Shown here in pieces: positions 12,076-24,125 of a DNA stretch of 64,000 nucleotides. This DNA comes from Sphyrna mokarran (Eukaryota), in the NCBI GenBank assembly GCA_024679065.1, contig JAGIQG010000018.1:16926001-16990000 (forward strand), in the 5' to 3' direction. The number at the start of each line of letters is the position of its first letter. Position 1 is the stretch's first letter. A program made the position numbers and the translations under genes. The notes below the pieces were generated by a model. That model had not been told where the DNA came from. It did not search any database and was given only the letters and a program-made list of their open reading frames with translations.

Positions 12076-13911
12076 CCCAATTGATGGTGAAATTATCTTA
12101 AACAATAATTGGTCCATCTCTAAGCTTGTTATGGAGTCAGGCAGAATGGAGAAAAAGTCGTAAAATTTCATTAGCATTAGACATGATTAATATGGTCTGC
12201 AGAATCAAAGAGTTGTATTGAAGGTAAAATAATTTGTTAGCATTTCTATTTGAATCATCGAAAGCATCCCACATTGTCATTGAGATGGTGATTCAGGGAG
12301 GAACCTTGGCTCAAAGGTTTTTGTCTTTAATTTATCTGTGTATCTTTTTGAAAGAAACAGGCAATTCATGAAAAAAAACAGGGTTTCGTGAGGGAAATGC
12401 AGCTGGAATTCTCTAATCTGCAGCGAAAGGATAAACTATATACTGACCCTCACATTGCCATATGGCAGAAAGCAGTCAGCTTGATTCTGAGAAGAGCTAT
12501 GCTGAAGCTGTGGGAGCAAATTAGGAAAAACAGCAATTCAAAGCCAAGATAAAGAGCTGAAGAATCTGCAATCATGAAGTCTTCAAAGAAAATTAGAGGA
12601 TCGTTTAGCCAAAGACTAATGGAAGAATCCCCAGATAATTTGTACTTTGAGGAATAGTTGGAAATTAAGGTGAAATTAAATGCTAAATGGCCATGGCATA
12701 CCTATTGGAATGATCTCAAGAAAAGTAAATGAATCTTTAATATTTCACAAGGTAAAGAATTCCTGTAAGGCAGGGGTCAGGAAAGTAAAAACTGGAAATG
12801 TAGAACTGAGTTCATAGCATTAGCCTTTATAGGCCATAATGTTGGATTAGTGATGCTTGCTTTGTTTAATATCACTTTGCAGACCAGTGTTGCAAAACTG
12901 GCAAATCTGAGACTGAGTCTGTGTTGGATTTTGGACTTTGCTGGTTTTCAGGTCGGGCACTTGGGTTTGGGTTGAGCATGTAGACTGTTGAGATTTTTCA
13001 AATAAGGATTGCAAGGGACTGTTTTGAAAGAGATAGAGACAGTGATGCAAGATGAACCTGGGAAATCATTCAGGGCTATATCAGGTGCATTAGTATTACT
13101 TGGCTGCAAGTGTGGCAGAAGCTCTGTTGGTGCTTGTAAATCGAGTTATCACTGCGCTGCAGTGAAATTTTGGTGATGGAGTGGCAGAGAATTCCCCAAA
13201 AATATAGTCGGACCAAAAATGTCAATGAGGAGAGAAATTTGGGTGATGCAATGAAAGAAGTCCAATTTTCAGATTGCTGGATTTGATGCACAGTTCCTGT
13301 ACATATGTAAAAATACTGTTGGCTTTTAATCAAAAAATGAGAAATCTGTTGGTGTAGTTCTCTTGGTTAATTGCAAAATGTTTGGATTTCTTCTTGAAAC
13401 CTTAATGGGATTATAATGCAAGCAATACATGTGTTAAGTGACAGCAAACTAGAATAGAAAATAAAAATATTCAACAAAAAACTAGATTTTGCTTCACTTG
13501 TGGCTGGCACAGTTATGTGATTGTTTGTTTACAAAAGACTTTTGGGATGTTGTATTAAATTGTAACGGGGTAGCACTGAGCCATGAGACATTTCGTTACA
13601 GCAGCTTCCTGACATCGATGACAAGTGGCCCAAGGATTTTTTTCTGCTTTTGTTGAAGAATTCAAAAGTAAAAAATGTTTTTAATTACATGTCTTCTTTC
13701 TCTGCAGTGGTCCATGTGGCCAGTTCCAACTTACTAATTAAAACAACTTGAAACTTTTTTTTCATGTCAGCATATTGTGACTTACACAATCCAGTTTTAA
13801 CTCCCTTGGAGGTCGTGTGAATGAGCCATAAGGGCACAGTTGTGTGTACGTGCAAATGAGCCATATACCTCATTGTTTTACTTACTTTGAATGAAGGCAC
13901 ATTTACCCTTT

Positions 13912-14000
13912 GTAAAAACAGAAAATGCTGGAAAAACTCAGGCAGCATTTCTAGAGAGAGCAATGGAGTTAACATTTTGAGTCCTTATGGCTTCTTATCC
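13912..14000 (-). mobile_element. Penelope-like terminal repeat fragment
   Basis: aaaaacagaaaatgctggaaaaactcaggcagcat...ggagttaacattttgagtcc. Confidence 0.55.
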
Positions 14001-14064
14001 TTGTTTGGTATTTTGTGCAGGTAGGTTTGTTTTAGAGCAACATATTATTCAGATAACTCCACAT

Positions 14065-14297
14065 ATTTACCGTGCCGATTCCCCAAACCAATATAACTTG
14101 GGACACTAAAGGACAATTGGATACGGTCAATCTATCTGACCTGCACACCTTTGGACTCTGGGAGCACCTGAAGGAAACCTACGCAGACAAGGGGAGAATG
14201 TGTAAACTCCACACTGATATTCAGCCAAGGCCAGACTTAAACCTGTGTTCCTGGCACTGTGAGGCAGTAGTGCTGAACACTGTGGCATCATGCCATC
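14065..14297 (-). mobile_element. HE1-type SINE
   Basis: ggggagaatgtgtaaactccacac...cctggcactgtgaggcagtagtgctgaacactgtg is the reverse complement of the head and core. Confidence 0.8.
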
Positions 14298-14599
14298 CGT
14301 TAAGGTGAACTCTTGAAGTGTTCTTCTACTTCTCTTGCAGTCCTTGCAGCCCTGTGCTGGATATTCATTCGTGACCAGCCCAGGTATGAAATATCAACTG
14401 AACTTGCATTGATTGTGATAAATACTGACAGCACTTCAACACAATTCATTGGCTGTAAAGTGCTTTGGAGTGTCTCGAGGTTTTGAAAGGCATTTGTTAG
14501 TGCAAGTTCTTTATTCCATTCTTTAAGTATTTCTTCCTAATGACTCTTGTTTGCAGAGATTTCCTTAACTATCTGTGTTCTCCTTGTAGTTCTCCTCAG

Positions 14600-15620
14600 T
14601 TGACCCTTGTAGATATCTTTTCATACAACCTCCCTGCTCTGTGCAGAACTTGCAGTCCTTTGTTAGTTCTCATATCCATCTGTACCATAGAAAAAATTGT
14701 GCTGTCTCTATTAAATTTTCCAAACTTAAGCTTGACTGCATATAACATGGACAATTTTCCTTTCTTTGATAAGTATTTGACTTGACTGTATTTGGGATCT
14801 TGAATCTGCAGCCACATGTTTCTTCCCTGTACTCAAATTCACTTTTGAGAAGGAGAAATCTAACACCCTGTTTCCTCAACAACAATTGCAAAATCTACCA
14901 ATGGGATCTCTACTACTGTCTGCCATAAGCCTACTTTCACTGGTCAAGATACATGTTGGGATTTATGTAGTTCCACATGCTATATGGTTGGTCTTAACAG
15001 CAATCTTTGTAAATAGGGCCCTAGCCATTTGCTGACTTTGCAAGCTTGATACAAATACAAAGCAATCTTGCAGGACAGTGGCTATCCTGATTGATACTTT
15101 GCTCTGTGAATCACAAATAGACCAAAGACCGTCACTGTCAGATCTGAAAAGTGCCTGACCTACCTCAAATTACCATAGAGAAAATATCTCAAATATCCCA
15201 TTTCACAGCATGGAATATGGAATAGCTCTGTAAATGATATTTTTTGCTCATCAATCTAATAAGAAATTTTCCTGACCAGACAATTGAGCGTACTATGTAT
15301 TAATTGTAGTGACCGTATATTGCCCAGTGCATAGACTATATATCCCTGTGTTTAGTTGTTGAATCCATGTTCCTTTGGTTGTTCAGAAAGCAGAATGCAG
15401 ACTCAACTCAACTCGCCTGTGTTAATAAAACTCACAATGTCTACTTTCAGTTGTGAATCTGTGATTGGGCACTAATAAGTACACTGAAAACCAATTTAAG
15501 ATAATCAGTCAAGCTTGTAACAGTTATACTTGCTAAAAGCAAAATACATCCATGTGCAGAGAGCCATTATCTGCAAACAAAAGGAATGTGTTCAAGCCTT
15601 GCTTGCTTTTTTGAATTACC
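14600..15620 (+). mobile_element. Old Penelope-like element relic (RT thumb to GIY-YIG end), second family
   Basis: Frameshifted motifs in correct order: LKFTFEKEKSNTL, TTVCHKPTFTGQDTCWD (cf. TSVYRKPTFTG), ILQDSGYP, EKCLTYLKLP, NQFKIISQA, YIHVQRAIICKQKE. Confidence 0.75.
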
Positions 15621-16759
15621 TGGGAGTGCAAGGAACATATAGTTCCCCATTGTTTATCTCATTTAACCCCACAATCAGAGTTGACTTATCAGCACCCCTT
15701 TCTGCCTGTAGTGTGAACAGCTGTGACCATTTGAAATTTAACATTCTTGCTTTTGTCCTGATGAATGCAAAACCTTGGCAACTTGTCTCTTTCTTCAGCA
15801 ATATTCAAGTTCTGTAAAGCCGAGGGACTTATTGTTTTGCATTTTCTCTCACTGCCTTGTTTACTCCTGTCCAATTCACTTCATTTCCTGCTCCTCTTGT
15901 TGTTCCTTGAACCTATGCAACCGTCCAGACCCTGAGATAATAAGCAATGTGCAATAACAATAACTGCCAAGATTATCTGAGAAAATAAGCACTTCTGAAG
16001 GATCTGGCACTCATTTGCATAGTTTCCTTATGTCATTTGAAAGCCTTTAAAAACTGACATTCATGGGAAATCCTTGATGTAATACTTTTTTGACTATAAG
16101 GTTCAGCAGAAGGCAAAAAAAAAACTCCATAAAGATGGGATTTTTGTCATCACATCATCTGAAACTGTATTGTATCTGGAGCATGAGAAAGCACAGATCT
16201 CAAGGAAAGTTGCAGACTAAAGCCAATAGCCTTTATTGATAAACTCATGAAGATCTATGTCATTTTTCTGTGGCATCAATTCTTCATGGATTTGTGTGCC
16301 AAAGTTAAAACCACTAGCAATTATTTTGACTGATAAAGTCTCAAAACAAGGCTTACACAATTTTATAGAATTTATTGCAACAGAGAAACAGACCATTTGA
16401 CTCTACTGGTATGAACCAACTCTCTTTGTTCTTCTCGTATCTAACTTCCTTTTAAGTGCAGTTACATGTGGCCGTGAGTTCCACATTCTCACCACTCTGT
16501 TGGTCTTTGAACTCTGGTACTGTACTGCCTTCTTAACATGTGTAGGGAGGTATTTTGATCAAATGCAGAACAAGAATCAAATGAGAATCAAGCATCATTG
16601 ATTGAAGTATATTATTGGAAAAGTGACGAGGGGAATCTTTACTTATGTCGAATTCTAATATACTTGATCTGACTGTGCTCAATATCGGCAGTACGGATCC
16701 AAAATGAAAAGGATAATGAACACGTCTCACCTGCTAAGCAATTAAAGTGCAGGAAAATG

Positions 16760-17690
16760 AGAGTAAATCCCACCAGCATTTTTTAGTGTGACTTTCTAAA
16801 TGAATCTCTGACACCTTGGTCATTACAGAGAGTCTGACTGTGATTCACTCTGAAAACCTGTGGGAGGAGCCTACTCCCACTTGAGAGGCTGGCAGCTTAG
16901 TGCTGAGCGGATCACTGCGCATGCGCTGATCTGTCAGCGCGGAGATTGGCACATGTGGAATGGCCACTATTGCTGTCCTCCAGATCTTCTCCCCCTGATT
17001 GCTGGCCTCCCTGACCTCCCAGAGCCAGCCCTTATCTCCCTGCTCACAATCTTCCAGATCCTGCTGATCAGCCCCAAGATGTCGCCAAACCACCAACTGC
17101 CCCGATCTTCCCCCCCAATCCAGATGGCCAGCCCCAATCGCCCACTTTCCTCCGTCTCCGAATGCTACAATTGTAGCATGGCATTGAATGCCCTCGATTG
17201 CCCCCTCATAGGCCTTGGCCTTCCCTCTCCTCCGGCCCAGTGTCCTTGGCACTGCCTGATGCCCAAAGGTACACTCTACTTCTTATCCCTGATATCCGGG
17301 GGTGGGAGGGGGATTGCCTCATTAATCTCTCTTCCCTCTGGTAGGGTCAGGTGCCTGTTCTCTATTTCATGGGGAGCAGCAGTAAAACCCACTGGAAGGA
17401 ACCAGTCCTGAAAAAGGATGGGAGTGGTTGGAGTTTGGAGATTTCAACCCGGGGCCCTCTAATCAGATGAAAATTGTGATTTTTGTTTTGTAATCAGCTC
17501 TGTGCCAATTTTCAGCACAGAGCTGATTACAATATGAAAATTGCATTGGAGTGGATGATGCTGAAAAACTGGGTTCCGGAAATGCTTGAACGCCACGGTG
17601 CCCAATGCGAAGCCTATGAAACGACCACCACTGACATCTCCTAACCGCTGCACTACCAAGCAGTGCAGTGGATGGGAGAATCACCCCCAG
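16760..17690. repeat. GC-rich unclassified interspersed repeat (possible non-autonomous DNA transposon relic)
   Basis: Abrupt GC/CpG-richer block with a C-rich low-complexity core. No convincing TIR pair was read. Confidence 0.35.
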
Positions 17691-18202
17691 TATCTCTTGG
17701 GTAAAGTAGTTAGTTGACTTTCTAGCCAAAAGAGTGAACCTAAATAACTTGCCTATGATTTTCTGTAGCTCAGCAATGAAGGGACTTCTCCTTCAGTACA
17801 GATCTGGCAATAAAGCATCAGCCTATGAAATTTCCTGCAATGCTGTTCATTCATTCAAACTATTTAGTGAGCAGTTGGATAGATTTTTATCTAACAAATA
17901 TTAAAGGATATGGATTTGGGGTAGAGGAAGGAAACAATTCTCAGAATCAATATTCAAATATGAGTTGTGAGACAAGTGAGAAGCGCAAGTGACAAGGCCA
18001 CACCTTGCTTTTACTTTGATAGGATGTAAATTATATCCATATTTCCACTTTATTCTTTCAATGGTCATCCACTCAGGCTTCACAGAATAAGCATAGAAAG
18101 TTATATCCTGGTACTTTTTATTTGGTTTTAGCCATTCTTTTCAAAAGTTACTCAGATGTTCTGTCTATAATCCAAATTATAGGATGCTGTCTGAAAATAA
18201 AA

Positions 18203-18465
18203 GTTGAGGAGGAACTTCTTCTCTCAAAGGGTGTTGAATCTCTGGAATTCTCTGCACATTGAAGTGATAGAGGCTTCCTCGTTGAGTATATTTAAGTCAC
18301 GAGTAGATAGATTTCTGATAGACAAGGGAATTAAGGGTTATGGGGAGAAAGCAAGAAAGTGGAACCGATCTACTGCAGACCACCTATGATCTAATTGAAC
18401 AGCGGGGCAGGCTCAAAGGGCTGGATGGCCTACTCCTGCTCCTATTTCTTATGTTCTTATGTTCT
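18203..18465 (+). mobile_element. CR1 LINE 3' end
   Basis: RRNFFSQRVLNLWNSL...FKSRVDRFL; tail cctactcctgctcctatttcttatgttcttatgttct. Confidence 0.85.
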
Positions 18466-18557
18466 AAAAAAAATTTCCAGTTTCCAATCTTTACCTTTAG
18501 GCAATTATCCTTTGCTAACATGTTACATGACTCAAGCCAGTTGATGAAGTCAAGACT

Positions 18558-18740
18558 AGTAAGAAGTCTGACAACACTGGGTTTAAGTCCAACTGATTTA
18601 TTTGACAGTAAACTCACAAGCTTTTGGCAAACCCCAAAAGCTTGTGAGTTTACTATCAAATAAATTGATTGGACTTAAACCTGGTGTTGTCAGACTTCTT
18701 ACTGTGTTTACCCCAGTCCAACGCCAGCATCTCCATATCA
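18558..18740. mobile_element. Palindromic non-autonomous Penelope-terminus derivative with TSD
   Basis: Arms 18558-18627 and 18634-18703 are inverted (64/70 match). Flanked by atgaagtcaagacta (18544-18558) and atgaaatcaagacta (18740-18754). Confidence 0.85.
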
Positions 18741-19136
18741 TGAAATCAAGACTAAGGCAGAGAGCCTTTTCAAGCAGGAAGAGTTTATTGACTTAGTACA
18801 AGTCAACAGTCGTCCACCCTACCTGCATTCCAGCTATCCCCATTTTTAGGTGTACAAATACCCATCACCTGATTAACGATGGAATTACCATTGAACAGTA
18901 ACGTGATTGCCATTGAAGTTTAACAATGTAATTGTCAATAATATCGACAAAAGAAAGAGAACAATAGTCAAACATGAGCTGAGTGACACTGGATGGACTT
19001 TGATCATAAATCTTCTATAACTGTGCATTTTTAATTCCTTCACTATTATTTACAACAAAAATACTTTGAAATTTCATCTGTCAAAAAAATTTCTGTTATG
19101 GTGTGTAGTACTGTCAGCAATAGGACAAATCTCTGA

Positions 19137-19158
19137 CCCCCCCCCCCCCCCCCCCCCC
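19137..19158. repeat. Poly-C tract (22 nt)
   Basis: Direct count. Confidence 0.95.
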
Positions 19159-20529
19159 GCCCTCCTCTGTCACCAGCTTACACAATTGATTAAATTTATT
19201 TTTGGTGAAGTAAGCTTTGAGTCAGACCTCATTGCAAAATGCTGCCTGCAGTGAATGGGCAGTTTGGATACTTACAGGTTTCAGACTGAAGGTAAGGGCA
19301 AAGGGTTCATGCCAAGTTTCTGTTTACGTTGTCAATGACTCAGACATTTACGACCTTTGCAATTTTTTCAGTCTCGTTATCCTGTTTAGTGGAATTGCTG
19401 AATACTTTCTCAAGGCAGCTGCTCTTTTGATGCTAATCTTTAATTGTCAATCTTGGTTAACGCGTGTAGGCATTAACCTTGGGAAATGTGCACTCTATCT
19501 GTTGAAGTTGTTGCTGTTGTGTTGACCTGTGAGTGCTGTTTTGGTTTCCTAGTTTCACTTAGGAAAATTAAGACTGGGTTTGAATTTCTTTTGCATTGAA
19601 TGGGTAGTATTCTGGTGGAACATTTCATCTGGCCATATAGAACACATCCAATTTTCATTGATTGGTTCAGTGGCTTACCATGTACTTGAAAGTGAAAGTG
19701 ATCTCCAAAACATCCTGAGGTATATTGTGATATTAAAATTATAAAATGATACAGAACACAAAGATACTATCATGTTTATGCCAAATATAACATTGTCCAA
19801 GTGAGACAGAGCTAGTAGCAGAGTTTTGAAAAAGTGTGTGAATTGGACTGAACATAGCTGGAGAGTGAAATCACGGCAACAGCATTCATCAGCTTTAAAG
19901 AGGAATAATAGGAAATTATTAACAGTCAATTTCTTCTTAGCAAAATCAAAGAGCATGTTCAGACATGTAAGCTTTCAAAATCTTCTAAATATGGAAATGT
20001 GGTTGTGGCAAAAGGTGGAATTTGTCCCTTGGTTGTAAAATGCAGAATAACAAAGATTTTATAAATTGGAACTATTTTGACACGCCTTTTTCAGATTACC
20101 ACTTCTCTCTTTGCACCATCTATTATTTTCTTGGCGATCAAGCAATCTGTTTCTCAACCTTTGTTAATGTCAGTTGAAGGTGCCATCCTTACCGTCTTTC
20201 ATATCAGGAAGGATCTTGCCTTATCTCTGCTTTATCATTCTGGCCTGATCAAGATACACAAACTCACAAACATACAAATTAGGATTAGGAGTAGATCACT
20301 CCTGCTGATCTGATTGTAACTTCAACCCCATATTTTGCCTACCCCAATAACCTTTCACACCTTTGTTGATCAAGAATCTTATGTTGGTCATGTTATGTGG
20401 AAAATCACAAGATCTGAACCCACCCCATGTCATTGCGTTCAGCAGTGCCATCTGATTGGTGTACAGATGGGAAATGAGAAGTGTTCCTTATTTAGGCCAC
20501 TCATGTTGGGCTGCTGAGTGTTTGCATCA

Positions 20530-20755
20530 TTAGCTTAGCTTGGTTGGCTGGATGGCTGCTTTGTGATGCAGAGCGATGTCAGTGACCCAGATTCGAATCT
20601 AGTACCAGCTGGTGTTATTCACGAAGGCCCTGCCTTCTCAACCTTGCCCCTCGTCTAAGGTGTGCTGATCCTCAGGTTAAATCAGCACGAGCCTGCTCTC
20701 CTACTCAAAGAGGAGAGCAGCCTATGGTCATCTGAGATTATAGTGACTTTACCTT
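20530..20755 (+). mobile_element. tRNA-derived SINE (same family as 8955-9150)
   Basis: tagcttagcttggttggctggatggctg head, attcgaatc B box, tail gcagcctatggtcatctg...gactttacc. Confidence 0.75.
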
Positions 20756-21254
20756 TTATTAAATAGTGTCAGTGGAAAAAGAATTGCTGGAAGTAGATGG
20801 AATAAACAGTTAATGAATTCAATTTTACAACCGACACAAATTAACAACTGAAGACTTAAACATCAAAAGCAGAGTCTTATTGTGGATCCATTATTTTGCT
20901 ATTCTGAAAGAAAGAAACATGTTGTGGTCTCAGTCAGGTAAATGAACAGGTGGGGTGAAATACAGTTATTAGCAGTTACTGTTTATTTTAGACAAGTCAT
21001 ATCAGACATTATATTTCCTCCTGATAAATGTTACTCTTCTCTGGCAAACTTCCATTCGAGTCATAGAGTGCATTATCCAAACTATTGTGTAGTTAAGGCT
21101 TAGACTAGCACATTTGTCAGTTTCTAATTCTTGAGGAAGTGCCTTTGGATGCGCCACAGTTTGTCTTTGAATTCACTTATGTAGGAATCTCTACAACATT
21201 AAATATTTGAATATTTTGCATTAGTTACTTTTATCAATTCGTGATATATCTGAG

Positions 21255-21512
21255 GAATGTATTTTATCTCTAAGATGAACATATGAAAAAAAACCACGTG
21301 CTGTTTTGAAGGGAAGTAGAGGAATTTTGCTTGGTGTTCTGGCCAATATTTATCCCTCAAGCAACTTCACTTCAAAAAAACATACAGACTATCACATTGT
21401 TTTTTTGTGGGAGCTTGCTGTGCATTAGCTGGCTGCTGCATTACAAACATTACACGAGTGGAAAATACTTTAGGATGTTCTGAGGTAGTCAAAAGTTTTA
21501 TATAAATACATT
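21255..21512 (+). mobile_element. Deu-domain SINE fragment
   Basis: ctggccaatatttatccctcaa...atcacattg...tgtgggagcttgctgtgc...tatataaat. Confidence 0.7.
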
Positions 21513-22334
21513 TTTTTTTGCTGTCTTATGCTTTTACAAATATTTTCTTATATTTAAATTGTGATATTACTAATGTGACGGTACAAATGTAACTGAACTG
21601 TCTCCATCCTGCTGGAAGCGTTCCTGTTTTGGGGTTGCAGTTGAGCGGTTGTTCTTTGTGGCTAGAGACACAGGTGGGTCTAATTTTAGCTTGGTGTTTT
21701 TAAACTGGTCAATGTGGTAGGAGCACAGTTTTGTCAATCTGAGCGAGCTGTACAATCTCACTGGCCCAGCATGATACAAAGGACTAGATTTTCTCACTAT
21801 TTGAAAGAAATAGCTGCAAAGTTTGGCTTAATTCTTGCTGACCTTGTGGAGTGGAGTCCCTGACGCTGTAGGTGGGCTAACTGATTATTGGGGTGCAGGG
21901 AGGGAGTTTCTAGAGGAATGTCTGAATCTAATGCAAGGGCAATATGAGACAAACTCATGTCCCACGGCTTTCCAGAGACACAAGTCTGTCAACCATTAGA
22001 TTCCAATTTCAGATGTGGTTGCAGAATTTTAGACTTCCAAGGATAAAATGTGTTCCAAATTGTTCCAATTTGGAATCAAGAATTACGTTAGCACCACTAG
22101 ACCAGATGTAGACCCCATGCAGATGTGGACCTATCTAAATCAATTATGTTTGAAATTCAAAGACAATTACAGTTTTTGCCATGCCAACCAATTTAATTAG
22201 ACTTTTTTTTAATTTGGAAGTGTAGACTTGGATAACATTTCCTAATCCACATTATTTATTTTTCATTGAGATTTTTGCCAGATATCTGTTGAAACTGATC
22301 TGTACCTGGCTCTTCTAGGATGTGCAAGTATTAT

Positions 22335-23315
22335 AAGAATATAGAATGGTTACATCAGAGAAGGACGCCATTTGGTCTATCATATTGGTTTTCTGTAAGA
22401 GCAATTTAGTTTTCTCCACTACCCTATTCTTTCCTGTGGCCTGGGAAATCTTTTCTCTTCAGGTACTCTTCAAATTCACTTTTGAACCTGTCCATCATAC
22501 CCTCAGGCAGTGTATTCCAGATCCTAATCACTCATTATGTTAAAAGGTTTTTCATAATGTTGCCAGTGGTTCTGTCACCAATCAGCTCTATCCTCTGGTT
22601 CTTGGTCCTTTCACCAACTCCACCTAACCTGTCTAGACCCCACATGATTTTGACCATCCCTATTAAATCTCCTCTCAACCTTCACTAAGGGGAATAACCT
22701 CAGCTTTTCCACCCTTTTCATGTAATTGAAGTCCCTCATCAATCTCACAATTTTTTCTGCAGCTGATCTAAAGTTTTCACATCTTTCCTAAAGTGCAGTG
22801 CCAAGAATTGGACTCAAAACTCTGGTTGAGGATGAACCAGTTCTTTATAAAGATTCACTATAGTTTCCTTGCTTTGCTATTCTATGACTCTGTTTCTATA
22901 GCCCAGGATTCCAAATGTATTTTTAGACACTTCCTCAACCTACCATATTGCCTTTGATTGGTTGTGTTCATACGCTCCCTTTGGAATTGTGTTTTTTAGC
23001 TTATGTCGTCTCTCCTCATTCTTACATCTGTAATGTGTTATAGAACACATAATTCTATGCATTAAATTTGATCTAACACGTGTCTGCCTATTCTATCAAT
23101 TCATCTGGGTCCTCTTGAAGTCTATCAAAATTCACCTCATGGTGTGCAATATTACAGTGTTTAATGTTATCTGAAAATTTTGAAATTGTGCTCTCACAAC
23201 CAACTTCTAGGTCAATAATATATATCAAGAAGGGAAATGGTCCTAACACCCACCCTGGGAACCTCAGTTTGTAGACCTTCCTCCAATCCAAAAGTAACTG
23301 TTCACCATTTGTCAA
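22335..23315 (-). mobile_element. CR1 LINE RT-to-tail fragment, degraded
   Basis: ORF 23088-23315 reads PGWVLGPFPFLIYIIDL...ISKFSDNIK...RLQED; tail tagaatggttac at about 22340. Confidence 0.8.
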
Positions 23316-23481
23316 CTTGGTGAATGGGTTAATTTCATATCTAGACTGCCAAATGAGACAGTGTCGGCTTATGCTTCTTTCTTCCCTTCTAATCTAGTAA
23401 CTCCCTCCTCTTGCCTCTGTGATGTGAATCCATTGATGGAATTGGAGATGTAAATCTTTCCTACCATGTCAGTGCACACTA

Positions 23482-23730
23482 TTCAGTCACTCTCTGTGTG
23501 GAATTTGCACATTCTCCTCATGTCTGCGTGGGTTTCTTCTGGGTGCTCCAGTTTCCTCCCACATGCCAAAGATATACAGGTTAGGTGGATGGACTGTGTT
23601 AAGTTGTCCCTTAATGCTGGGGGGCTAGCTGGATAAGTAGGTGGGGTTACAGGGATAGGGCCTGGCTGGGATTGTTGTTGGTGCAGACTTGATGGGCTGA
23701 ATGACCTCCTTCTGCACCATGGGGATTGTT
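23482..23730 (+). mobile_element. HE1-type SINE, 5' truncated
   Basis: gtgtggaatttgcacattctcctcatgtctgcgtgggtttc...gatgggctgaatgacctccttctgcac. Confidence 0.85.
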
Positions 23731-23739
23731 TTTTCTTAG

Positions 23740-24125
23740 CCATAGTTGCATTGATGGCAATTTAAAGCTTAGTCAGAATGTAATGAGTTCAAACCCATCC
23801 TCACAACTGAAGCAGACAACCTAATCAGCCCTGAGATCTGTTTCATTGATGTCATCTTTCAGATGAAACCTTAAATTATAATCCTGTCCACATTCTCAAT
23901 GGAAGAACCAAAGACACTATTCAAAGAAAAACAGGGGAGTTCTCATTGTTTATCCCTCAAACAGCATTATTAAAACAGATTATTTGACCACTATCTCATT
24001 GCTATGCACAGATTGTCGGCCGCATTTTTTACATTGCAGCAGTGACTACACTTCAAGAGTACTGCATTGGCTGTGAAGCTCTATGGGATGTGCTGAGGTT
24101 ACCAAGGCACCATATAAATGCAAGT
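23740..24125 (+). mobile_element. Deu-domain SINE
   Basis: gtcatctttcagatga...tttatccctcaa...cagtgactacacttcaa...cattggctgtgaagc...ataaatgcaag. Confidence 0.75.

Noticed and set aside
16845-17411. Overlapping 183-aa and 135-aa ORFs
   Set aside because: Low-complexity products of a GC-rich repeat, with no domain or splice support.
18539-18949. Solo LTR hosting the palindrome (gttgat...atcgaca)
   Set aside because: Termini are imperfect and no matching TSD was found; too weak to call.
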